The position numbers and the translations under genes were made by a program. Positions 6,014 to 15,106 of a DNA stretch of 28,110 nt are shown here, one piece after another. Source of the DNA: a virus (taxonomy: Duplodnaviria; Caudoviricetes); IMG/VR virus record IMGVR_UViG_3300020045_003448, positions 1-28,110 of that record; one strand, 5' to 3'. Below the pieces are notes generated by a model, which worked only from the letters and a program-made list of their open reading frames with translations, was not told the origin of the DNA and ran no database searches. How positions within the stretch are numbered: position 1 is the first letter of the stretch; each line of letters starts with the position of its first letter.

Positions 6014-9000
6014 TCAGTTTGCGTTCTTAATATCATGCGACTTAACACCGCCTTTGCCATACCCCTTAGACTTCGCGCCACCCGGGGAAACACCTGCGCC
6101 CACTGGCACCCGGTCCGTAGTTATCCCAACAGTCTTATCGGCGGTCATGGTCAATACGCACGTTTCTCCGGAACAATCTTCAGTGTAATCCAAGTGACGA
6201 CGGTAATCTGGAAGCAACGTCGTAAGCGTGACAACCGTATCAACGTCATAAACAGCGACGCATCTGTCTGTGCTGGCCATGCTACAACTAATATCTCCGA
6301 CATCTGACGTTACGATTTCGCCGTTTGTTGGCGGGCTTACCGTTAGGGTATATTGCTCATCAACCGCCCACGTTGCTATAGCTGTGCAGTCGTTTCCGGG
6401 CATGGTAAATTCGCAATTCCCTACCCCGGAACACCCGCAAGTCCCGCTCCATCCTGTGAAAGAGGCGTTTTGGCCCGGAGTTTGGGTTATAGCGACAGCA
6501 CCTTCTTCTGTATATTCATGGTCGCCTAAAATCGGATCGGTTACTCCGCTTCCAGTCCCGGAGCCGGATATAGTGACAGTGTATTTGGGTGGAGGTGGAA
6601 GCGTAAAGGTTGCCGTCACCGCTCTGGCCTCGCTCATGGTCACAACACAGGTCCCGGTCCCTGAACACCCTGCCCCGGTCCATCCCCCGAAAGTGTTGGT
6701 CCCTGAAGGGGAAGCTGTGAGGGTTACGACCTCACCGGATACGAAAGATGATGTGCAGGTTGCCCCACACGAAATGCCTCCGGGGCTGCTCGCAACAGTC
6801 CCTTCTCCTGTCCCGTCTTTTGTAACCGTGAGGTCAAAGGTTGTGGCAATATCCCCGACTTTGTAAATGTGGACATCGTAATCAAGAAATGAATCCGTAA
6901 ATGATCCCTCATCAGAAATGACGTTCCGGGTTTCACCGTATACTTCAATCGTCGTGGAATCAGCCAATCCAGTGATGGGGATTATCGCGTCTTTGGGGTT
7001 TTCGTTGTTCGCGTCCGGCCAAACCCCACCGCCAACACAATACTCAGTACAGTTCTCAAACGTCTCCCCGGTGCGCTTTTTAACCCTCGCAGCGAATACC
7101 CACAGATCCCCATTGTATTCTTTGACCATATAATCAACTCTGCCATCAGCCCCGGCAAGGACAGTGTCAAAGTTTAGTTGAACATTTACTATCCCGGAAC
7201 CTGGTGAGTTTACGTTTTTCGTTTCAGGGGTATAATAATCCAAAGCTCTCGGAGTCATAACCACAGGAGCCAAAGGGTTTGTCCCGCTATCAAGCAAAGC
7301 TTTGAAATCACCCGCTGCCGATACTTGATATGTTTCTTGCTGACAAAAATAAGGGAAATAATTCATACCGCTAGCACCGTGAATTATTCTCAACCATAAT
7401 TCATTTGTCAGTTGATGCTCAAGCGGGTGCTTAACCTCATCATTGCATGTTGTTTTCCCGTCAGTCGCCGTTGATCGTAACTCGTTGGGGGCTGGGATTG
7501 TAATATAAGGCGCAAGCCCGTAATTATAAGCCAAATAATTATCTTCAGCCGCAAGCATTGATTCAAGGGTTACAGCCGCGCCCCCTACGTAAACGAGCGT
7601 ATGATCAGCTTTGACAAACCCATAAGGGTAAATATCTCCGCCGGTCACATCTGAAATCCAAGACTTAACACCATTAAATGACCCTGAATTTGTAAGCCAG
7701 GAATACGACAAAATAGGCCCATTTAGAGAACTCCCGTCCATGAAGTCATATCCATAATGGAGCATGATATGTGGATGATCAGTGTCCGCCGTCTTTGTTC
7801 CTTCATACATACCCCGCAAATATGGAGGAAGCTCACAAACCGTAATCCCACCAAGGCTTGGTTCATCTTCCCATTTCCACCCAAAAATAGCAGCGTGATC
7901 TTTTAGCTGCCTTACATACCCGCACTCAAACGCGCTTGCCGGTGATACGCAGTCTGAATTGTTCGTGGCGGCTATGCCAGCGTAGCCCCCTGTATATTCG
8001 CCCTGCTCTGTCCATACAGAGGTGCCGTCTATCTGTTCACAGCCTGACGTTTCGCAATAATCAACAAAAGTGGCCGCTGTTGTACCTGCTGTGGTACATT
8101 TATAATAATGACCGTTTGGGGTAACATTATAAGTGGCTTCTGGAGCCATTTTATATGTATTTACCAAACAAGAAGAGTTCCTACCTATCATCGTAAACTC
8201 ACCCCTACCAGGGCCTGAAACCTTCCAAGGCATACCAGTAGGAGTATCAACTCTATTATTAGCTGCATTAAGAAAGTCAGCATAAGTAGTTGGTGTGTGC
8301 TGAGTATAATAGCCCACAAAATCCAAACCATTTAGAGCCTCAGTGAAGGGAAGGCACGGAGATGCCCACGGGTCCGCACAGTTGTTCCATCTGGGCTTAT
8401 CCCACATAAAATTCTGAATAGGAAAAAATAAAGTGCAGCCTGTTCCCTCTGCATTTTCGATGCAAAAGAAATTGTTCTCTGTTATCCCTACTTTTGGGTA
8501 GCCGTTATGAGTGGTTGTCCATGTTTTAGTAGCGGTTCCTCTGGCGGTTCCTCCCGAAGTTTTAACGATAACGTCAATATGATGCTCACCAGCGGTAAGA
8601 GCTGTGTAATCAAGGAGGTATTCTTTCTCAACATATTGGGTTATATTTGATGGAATATCATCGCCTGTAAATGTGTATTGGTGCTTTAACTCATCATCCA
8701 AATAAACGTAAAGGATATCCCCTGCGTCCTGGTTCGTAAAATGAGGATAGATGTACTGCTTTGTCCTAACATACGGATCAGCCATCCATAGGTCTATCAT
8801 CACATCGCCGCCAGTGTACGTTATTTTTAACACGGGTGCGTTGGTCGAACCGGTATCAAAAGACTTTACCCAGCTTGAAGTGGCTGTGGTAGCCCTCCCA
8901 AATTTTAGCCCGATATAGTTTCCGTAAACGTACCCACCTCTCGCCATGAACGCCTCTATTAGAGACGTAATATCAGGGGTGGTAACTGTAAGCCCTGAAG

Positions 9001-9370
9001 TCCAGGTGCCAGTGAAAACACCAGATACAGGAGACCCCAAAACAGAATAATCTCGTGGGTTGGTAACAAACGATGGGATATTATCAAGGTCGGCAACGTC
9101 GATCTGAACAGAATATTTCCCGCCCGATGAGACTACGAAATCCACAACAGCATTTGTTATTGTCGCGTTATCGGGTACGCTTAGCGGGAATCTCAGCCAT
9201 GTCCATCTTGTGCCGTCACCATAGGGCATGGGCAGGTTTGAATCTGTGTACCCTGATCCTGAAGCTACGGATGAGTCATCAGCAGATGCCCCTATAGTAT
9301 AGGTCAAAACTTTCCCATGTGCTTGGGATGAAATTACCAATATAGCCAGAATAGTTAAAAGTTTTCTCAT
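6014..9370 (-). CDS. 1118-aa signal-peptide protein: CBM-like N-terminus, glycoside-hydrolase-like barrel, C-terminal InlB-B-like repeats
   Basis: Signal MRKLLTILAILVISSQAHG; LRFPLSVP.NATITNA...APVLKITY (DNRLRE/CBM-like); IFGWKWEDEP, GDIYPY, WLRIIHGASGMNYF (clan GH-A-like); three LTV...G.G.V...VTLTA.P...F.GW.G.C repeats. Confidence 0.75.
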   Translation of the reverse strand: MRKLLTILAILVISSQAHGKVLTYTIGASADDSSVASGSGYTDSNLPMPYGDGTRWTWLRFPLSVPDNATITNAVVDFVVSSGGKYSVQIDVADLDNIPSFVTNPRDYSVLGSPVSGVFTGTWTSGLTVTTPDITSLIEAFMARGGYVYGNYIGLKFGRATTATSSWVKSFDTGSTNAPVLKITYTGGDVMIDLWMADPYVRTKQYIYPHFTNQDAGDILYVYLDDELKHQYTFTGDDIPSNITQYVEKEYLLDYTALTAGEHHIDVIVKTSGGTARGTATKTWTTTHNGYPKVGITENNFFCIENAEGTGCTLFFPIQNFMWDKPRWNNCADPWASPCLPFTEALNGLDFVGYYTQHTPTTYADFLNAANNRVDTPTGMPWKVSGPGRGEFTMIGRNSSCLVNTYKMAPEATYNVTPNGHYYKCTTAGTTAATFVDYCETSGCEQIDGTSVWTEQGEYTGGYAGIAATNNSDCVSPASAFECGYVRQLKDHAAIFGWKWEDEPSLGGITVCELPPYLRGMYEGTKTADTDHPHIMLHYGYDFMDGSSLNGPILSYSWLTNSGSFNGVKSWISDVTGGDIYPYGFVKADHTLVYVGGAAVTLESMLAAEDNYLAYNYGLAPYITIPAPNELRSTATDGKTTCNDEVKHPLEHQLTNELWLRIIHGASGMNYFPYFCQQETYQVSAAGDFKALLDSGTNPLAPVVMTPRALDYYTPETKNVNSPGSGIVNVQLNFDTVLAGADGRVDYMVKEYNGDLWVFAARVKKRTGETFENCTEYCVGGGVWPDANNENPKDAIIPITGLADSTTIEVYGETRNVISDEGSFTDSFLDYDVHIYKVGDIATTFDLTVTKDGTGEGTVASSPGGISCGATCTSSFVSGEVVTLTASPSGTNTFGGWTGAGCSGTGTCVVTMSEARAVTATFTLPPPPKYTVTISGSGTGSGVTDPILGDHEYTEEGAVAITQTPGQNASFTGWSGTCGCSGVGNCEFTMPGNDCTAIATWAVDEQYTLTVSPPTNGEIVTSDVGDISCSMASTDRCVAVYDVDTVVTLTTLLPDYRRHLDYTEDCSGETCVLTMTADKTVGITTDRVPVGAGVSPGGAKSKGYGKGGVKSHDIKNAN

Positions 9371-10092
9371 TCACTCACCGTTGTAAAAGCTGAAGTTTTT
9401 ACTAAGATTTGGTCTAAGATCACGCTCATTGTGTTTTGGTTATTCAAGGTGTTTATGCTGGCTATGTCTGTTGTTCCGGTTCCAGCTGTTTCTGTAACCT
9501 CGGCGGTTTCGGGTCTGGTAAGAGTAGCAAGGTCCGAAATCCATAGCGTAAAAACTGCGTTAGCCCCTGTGCCAGACTTATAATACCACCAGATTCTAAA
9601 CGGGGTAATAGGACCATCAGCAAGTTGAGTTGTGACAGAATTTTCTCCACTAGTACCAGCCAGAACTTTTAAGTATCCTGTGGTTAGGAGCCTTATGGAT
9701 GCTATTGACTCTGCTGAGGAATTCATTAATCTTAATAAATACGTTTCAGCGGCAGGTTGGCCGTCAGACGTATAAAACTCAAAATGCCCCCATGCCTCAC
9801 CAGCTTCAGCGGCCAGGGTTATTGATGTTGAAGCTGTACTGCTACCGGTCTGAAGGTATGATTGAGTGCCGCGTAACGGAGCCGGAGCGGTGGCGTAATC
9901 CTCGTCCTTTGTCCCACTCCCTGATTCGGTCCATGTTTCCGAGTTATCATATCCAGCACCTTCAAAGTTCTGGCAAACCGCAAACCCAACACATTCGCCA
10001 ACGCTTATTTGGGGTTGGGATAAGTTCCCGATAAATCCGGGTGACATGCCCATCGTGAACGGAAGTATAAGAATAAGTATCAGTTTTTTCAT
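9367..10092 (-). CDS. Signal-peptide protein with probable lectin/LamG-like beta-sandwich
   Basis: MKKLILILILPFTMG N-terminus; QNFE...W start and ILDQILV end typical of ConA-like jelly rolls; S/T-rich; ATGA overlaps on both sides. Confidence 0.65.
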   Translation of the reverse strand: MKKLILILILPFTMGMSPGFIGNLSQPQISVGECVGFAVCQNFEGAGYDNSETWTESGSGTKDEDYATAPAPLRGTQSYLQTGSSTASTSITLAAEAGEAWGHFEFYTSDGQPAAETYLLRLMNSSAESIASIRLLTTGYLKVLAGTSGENSVTTQLADGPITPFRIWWYYKSGTGANAVFTLWISDLATLTRPETAEVTETAGTGTTDIASINTLNNQNTMSVILDQILVKTSAFTTVSE

Positions 10093-10955
10093 GGCGTATC
10101 CTGTGCAAAGTCGGAGTATTTGGATTCAAAATACCATGCGGTTTCCGTGGTGATACAGACTATTGATTCGGCAACAGTCGGAGCTTCATTAACGATAGCT
10201 TCTCCAGCCGCCATTTGAGTGCCATTTAAGTAAAATTGCTCGGTCCCATTAGGGACAATTGAGATATTCTGCGCGGCCTCTATGATGACTTCGAAGTTCC
10301 GGCCTTCCGCCAAAGCTGGCATGTTAAAGACCGTCGCTCCGGTAGCTCCTTTATTGGAAATGACGTTGCTTTTCAGCTCAGCATCCGTCAAAAGCCTATC
10401 CCCGGTCGTATCGCTCAATTCGTCCAATTCAATCGTCGAAAGCTCGATGGACTTAAAATATACAGAAGATGATTCATTGGATTGCAAAACCCATCTGTCG
10501 GAGATATACTGGATTACAATGGTTTGCCACTGTTCCAGAACCAAAGACTTCCCTGCCCCGCCGTTGTGTTCAAACACCCCGGCTGAGTACCCGAAGGTCG
10601 CGGTATTCGCTGATATGTTTGTAATCGAAACAACCGCATCGTTTATCGCCCCGGTTTCCCCAAGAGTGATTGCTGACGGATCGGATACCGCTGTCAACTG
10701 AATATCAACACGACGATACCCTGCTGTAGGAGTGATGGTTCCTGCGTTGTCCACGGATGCGGCCTGCGGGATAGGGGTTAGGGCTATTAACTCGACCTCG
10801 GAATCGAAACCTGTTCCGAGGATAGACGTTAATTCAGTGGCAACATACCCACTATCGGATGACCTCATTTTACCAAGGATAGGGTCATACACCGCCCCAG
10901 CGTAAACCAAAACCGGGATGATAATAACCAATGGGATTAACCATATTCGTTTCAT
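10089..10955 (-). CDS. Signal-peptide protein with two fibre-type beta-sandwich domains
   Basis: MKRIWLIPLVIIIPVLVYA N-terminus; two units ending QTIVIQYISDRWVL and ESIVCITTETAWY; SNKGATGATVFNMPA..GRNF resembles phage fibre domains. Confidence 0.65.
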   Translation of the reverse strand: MKRIWLIPLVIIIPVLVYAGAVYDPILGKMRSSDSGYVATELTSILGTGFDSEVELIALTPIPQAASVDNAGTITPTAGYRRVDIQLTAVSDPSAITLGETGAINDAVVSITNISANTATFGYSAGVFEHNGGAGKSLVLEQWQTIVIQYISDRWVLQSNESSSVYFKSIELSTIELDELSDTTGDRLLTDAELKSNVISNKGATGATVFNMPALAEGRNFEVIIEAAQNISIVPNGTEQFYLNGTQMAAGEAIVNEAPTVAESIVCITTETAWYFESKYSDFAQDTP

Positions 10956-11206
10956 CGGTATGTGTATCCTTCCCTGTTGTTCCAGTTTTTTGATTGATCG
11001 TTAGTGCCGTCTGCCCATAGTTTAGAAATAACCGACGTGTCGGAATAAACCAACTTTGAGATCATCCACGCCTGGTCATCATCGTTCGTTCCAGGGGCAG
11101 CGTACCCGATATATTCAGCATACCCTGATGAGTTGTAAGCTATCCTTTGCGCCATCATCGAATCCGCAAACGGCATGATCCCGTAATTAAATACCTGTTG
11201 TGCCAT
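10952..11206 (-). CDS. Small phage tail-region protein (84 aa)
   Basis: YIGYAAPGT....AW.I.K...WADG...WNNR...TY, a pattern I recognise from phage tail regions; AAGGAG RBS. Confidence 0.75.
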   Translation of the reverse strand: MAQQVFNYGIMPFADSMMAQRIAYNSSGYAEYIGYAAPGTNDDDQAWMISKLVYSDTSVISKLWADGTNDQSKNWNNREGYTYR

Positions 11207-11217
11207 TTTTTATCTCC

Positions 11218-13005
11218 TTACCATTGAGCCGCGTAAATGGGTACGTACCCGATTAAATCCCCGACATGGTTATAGACAGGCCAAGCCCTGGTCGTGTTTC
11301 CAGAAGGTGAGTTTGTGTTTGAAACCGTGTTCCCGACTCCAATACCGTCTCCCGAACCGACGGATAGAATGTTGGCCTTTGATCGTTTTAGGGTTAAGTC
11401 TAATGCTCCTGCCCCACCACCAAACGTCATCTCGCCGTCAACTCCCACCGTGAACCTTGCATAGCTTTCCGGAGTTACACCATCGTTCACAAGGGAGTTT
11501 ATTATGTTGTCTGTAGAGGCTGCCCTCATAAGGTATTCTGAAGCGGCCATTGTCCCAACATCTCCGTCTATAACAACCGGCTGCATCCCTGTTGCGTTGT
11601 TGACGAGCTTTATGTTTGGGTCTCCATTGTGGATGTTGGTCCCTACGGCACCGATAGCGTTTACTGTGATTTTAATATCATCGTGGGTCGTTCCGTAAGT
11701 TGTGATATCGGATGTTGGCGGAAGGAAGATGTTCCCGTCCACGTAATGAAACCCTGAGTCGATAAGGATAAATCCTAAAACTCCTGCTGCCGCGTAGTCG
11801 GCTGACGCTTCAAACGTGTTGCCTTGGATAGTGCATGGCGTTGTGTTGACGTTTTCCATGATGTTGATACCGCGTCTTCGGATATGTACAAACTGATTCC
11901 CGATGATCGAGCATCTATCAGGGCCGTCCAGTTGCAGGAGGTCAATGGAATCGGGTGTGGCATCGTCAGTCGTCAACCGCCCGTGGAATTTGCACCTTCG
12001 AAGTTTGCCGTCCGTGAGCCTTTGGAGGTAAAGAGCCGTGTACCTGTTCCGCTCTAATGTGCAGTCCTGGAACGTGATAGAGTTGGATACCGCGTATCCT
12101 GCCCCGGCATCGAACGTTATCTGAGCCGCGTTTGTGGATGTTGCGTATACCCCGCAACTTCTAACATCCACCTTATCGAAAACACCGTCCTCACAGTCTT
12201 TAATATCAAGCCCGGTTCCTGCAACATTTTGGATGACAACATCGTCCCACCTCCAGAAGTGCATCCATGAAAAAGACACCCCGATAGTCGCAAGATCGTT
12301 ACCGTCTATTTGGAGTTGTTCAAGGTTCACATTGGGTTTTAACGCGCTTGTACTGGACCCTGCCAATGTGAACATTTCTATGGCCGCTGAAGCCTGGATG
12401 ATAGTAGCCCTTGAGCCTTTACCTTTGAGGGTGATCTTGCTGCAAGTGGACCCTGATTTTGAAATGCCCGTCCCTATGGAATACGTCTCCCCTCTGAACT
12501 GAACAACCCCACCGCCAGCCGCCGCCACACAGTCAACGGCTTCCTGAATTTCATACGCCATGTCGGTAGAACCTGGTGTGGTGTTTATCCCCCACCATTC
12601 AGGTTCAGCGTATCTGTGAACCACTGAAAGCCCTGAAGCGAAACACCCCGGAGACCCTTCAAACCCGCCGTTTATAGTGAGGGTGTAAGCCCCGGATATA
12701 ACCGCTCCATAGGGAACCACCAGCTTCATCGTGGCGGGTATTGTCACGTTGGCCGAGAGGGTCCATGTCCCTGGTTGGAGCCAAATGCAAGCGCCTCTTG
12801 AGCCTATCTTGACAATGGCATCGTTTATGCATCGGTCTGTTTTGGTCCATCCGTCCCCGAAAACGTGGAGAACGTCAACCCCGGCCCAATCTATTTTGCT
12901 GTATAAATCAACGCCCCCGGTAGAGGTTGGCCGGTTGAACGTGGGTGATATACCGTCCCAGAGTTTTATATCTTCCTTGCCAAGCTTGCCTTTTGTGATT
13001 GTCAT
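11218..13005 (-). CDS. Tailspike with right-handed parallel beta-helix (pectate-lyase-like)
   Basis: PEWWG....TD....IQEAVD....GGGVV.F....Y.I...ITLKGKG..ATII followed by repeated I.GN.F beta-helix coils. Confidence 0.85.
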   Translation of the reverse strand: MTITKGKLGKEDIKLWDGISPTFNRPTSTGGVDLYSKIDWAGVDVLHVFGDGWTKTDRCINDAIVKIGSRGACIWLQPGTWTLSANVTIPATMKLVVPYGAVISGAYTLTINGGFEGSPGCFASGLSVVHRYAEPEWWGINTTPGSTDMAYEIQEAVDCVAAAGGGVVQFRGETYSIGTGISKSGSTCSKITLKGKGSRATIIQASAAIEMFTLAGSSTSALKPNVNLEQLQIDGNDLATIGVSFSWMHFWRWDDVVIQNVAGTGLDIKDCEDGVFDKVDVRSCGVYATSTNAAQITFDAGAGYAVSNSITFQDCTLERNRYTALYLQRLTDGKLRRCKFHGRLTTDDATPDSIDLLQLDGPDRCSIIGNQFVHIRRRGINIMENVNTTPCTIQGNTFEASADYAAAGVLGFILIDSGFHYVDGNIFLPPTSDITTYGTTHDDIKITVNAIGAVGTNIHNGDPNIKLVNNATGMQPVVIDGDVGTMAASEYLMRAASTDNIINSLVNDGVTPESYARFTVGVDGEMTFGGGAGALDLTLKRSKANILSVGSGDGIGVGNTVSNTNSPSGNTTRAWPVYNHVGDLIGYVPIYAAQW

Positions 13006-13322
13006 ACGCCCCCCACTTGGTGAATCGTCGTTTCGGTGTCGTCTTGTATCGTTAAATACCCGTCTGATATTGTCATTATGTTTCCGTTTGTGTTCGTTAT
13101 GGTTATAACCCCGCCTGTTATTTCGACCTCTGAAGAGTTTTGATTTGCCATGCTCCCGGCGGTGGTGGTTGATAATTGTTTGTCATCGCTCAAAACCAAA
13201 AGCCCGCTATCAAGGTCAGGCAGAAGCCCTTCCAGAGTGTCAAGGCGCGTGGCTATCTTCGACAGGATGGAGTTTAGCAGCGGGTTTTGGGTTAGGTAAA
13301 CCTCCCTGATTTGGGTTGCCAT
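13002..13322 (-). CDS. Small virion structural protein
   Basis: N-terminal coiled coil then GSMANQNSS.V.ITGG.I; coupled at both ends. Confidence 0.65.
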   Translation of the reverse strand: MATQIREVYLTQNPLLNSILSKIATRLDTLEGLLPDLDSGLLVLSDDKQLSTTTAGSMANQNSSEVEITGGVITITNTNGNIMTISDGYLTIQDDTETTIHQVGGV

Positions 13323-15106
13323 TATTTAGCCTTTCCCAATGGCCGGTTGATATTGATATACGCTTGAGGCTTTGGCGCTCCAAATCCGACTTCTTCACCG
13401 CCCATATGCATAATTGGTTTAGCGATACCATACTTAAACCCGTATTTAGCTATCTCTCCCAACGCTGTTTTAGTTTTTGGGTGCAATGTCCCGAACGCTT
13501 CGAATAGACTCATGCCGTCAGCAGTGTCGATGGTTTCAAAGTCAGGAGCTATTTTTTCGTAATATTCAGCTTCTCTTCTTAATTTAGGCCACAGGTCAGG
13601 GTTGATAGCTTTAATCATTTTCTCATTATCATAAATTGCATCCGATATTACAGACGGCCTAAGAGTCTTCTTACCGCTTCCCTTTGAGGAGGCTGCTATG
13701 GCGTCATCGAATATCTTTTTCACAAAGTTTAGCTCAAGCCCTGCCCATGCTTTATTACCGTCTGGTTCTGATAAAATGGCGGTACGGATTCTGGATAATT
13801 GGTCAGACGACATGGCTTTAGGATCCATGAGCTTATCAACAACTCGTTCTGGGAACTCCTTATAATATGGGAGGTTGCTGAATCTAAGCTCACCTATGAT
13901 TTTACTCGCTACCGGGTTTTCACGAAACCATGCGTTTGTGGCTGCATAAATTTTATCGGACTTGGCGAGTGCCTCCGAAAAGCTGTCGTTAAAGGCGTTA
14001 TTAACAACGTTTTGCATCTGGGTATTGCTTGTTATTTGCGTTGGCCGCAAACCCTCAGTGCCATATCTTGTAAGGTCGTCCGTGATGACCTTTTTAAATT
14101 CTTCCTTCCATTGGATAACGTCAAGAGGATCGTCATTGTATGATTTCCATATTTTCTTAATGATATAGTTCGCATTTTCAGGGGTTATAAGATCGGTTCT
14201 GCCCAAAGACGTAAGCATTCGTCCTTCTTTTGACTTAGGCAAAAAGCCAAGCCATTCAATTAAAGTTTTAGTAGCCTCACGATTTGAAAACCCCTCACCC
14301 ATGATCTCATTGATTTCGCCCCTGAAAAACTGTGCGGCGTCATCAAGAGGCACTACGCCGCCTTGTGAATCTGCTATCTTTTTGATGATTGTGTTAGGCG
14401 CTTTGTATACGGCATCCCAATCCTGTTTTGCGGCTATGGCCTCGCCTATGCCGGACCCAACATCTGATTTAATTGGAGCGCCCACGGCCTCGGAAAAATC
14501 AATCGCCTTCTTTGTTGTGGTGCGGATTAACTCTGCCTGTGTACGTTTTAACTTCTTGAAGCCCTGCCGTGCCGCCATGCCTCCTATTTTTGTAAAATCA
14601 GCAACCGCGTTTATCCCTGTTCTCAGGATCGGGGTCACTATCTTCTTGACCCCAGTTGCGATGGCCGTGCCGGCAATTTCTCCGCCAGCACCTAATAATG
14701 CCTGTTCCTTGGCCCTTTGTGTATCTACAGGATCGCCGAATAGTTTATCAACTCCCATAGACCCTAACGCTGACCCTCCAGCAGACGCTCCAGCGCGAGC
14801 CGATAGGTTAACTAACCCTTTACCCATTTTAAGCATAGTTGGAGCTTTGCCTAATAGATGAAATTGTGGCATGAGAGCTGTTAAAGCTATATCACCAGCT
14901 ATCGGCCCAAGAGTTTTAACAAGGTTCTTTCTTGATTCAAACTCCTCCTCTGAGGTTGGAACCGGAAGACTTGTGCGGGTATCAATTGCCTGCCCTGGCG
15001 CAGGGGCATACCCACCTGGAGTAGACCCTATGTCGCTTATATCAACCTGGTCCCATTCGCCCTTTTTCTTAATATCGCTTACACTGACTGCATCCCATTC
15101 GCCCAT
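13322..15106 (-). CDS. Putative internal virion/ejection protein (594 aa)
   Basis: Gly/Ala-rich hydrophobic segments in the first third, helical remainder, third of three genes after the GNAT-like gene. Confidence 0.65.
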   Translation of the reverse strand: MGEWDAVSVSDIKKKGEWDQVDISDIGSTPGGYAPAPGQAIDTRTSLPVPTSEEEFESRKNLVKTLGPIAGDIALTALMPQFHLLGKAPTMLKMGKGLVNLSARAGASAGGSALGSMGVDKLFGDPVDTQRAKEQALLGAGGEIAGTAIATGVKKIVTPILRTGINAVADFTKIGGMAARQGFKKLKRTQAELIRTTTKKAIDFSEAVGAPIKSDVGSGIGEAIAAKQDWDAVYKAPNTIIKKIADSQGGVVPLDDAAQFFRGEINEIMGEGFSNREATKTLIEWLGFLPKSKEGRMLTSLGRTDLITPENANYIIKKIWKSYNDDPLDVIQWKEEFKKVITDDLTRYGTEGLRPTQITSNTQMQNVVNNAFNDSFSEALAKSDKIYAATNAWFRENPVASKIIGELRFSNLPYYKEFPERVVDKLMDPKAMSSDQLSRIRTAILSEPDGNKAWAGLELNFVKKIFDDAIAASSKGSGKKTLRPSVISDAIYDNEKMIKAINPDLWPKLRREAEYYEKIAPDFETIDTADGMSLFEAFGTLHPKTKTALGEIAKYGFKYGIAKPIMHMGGEEVGFGAPKPQAYININRPLGKAK

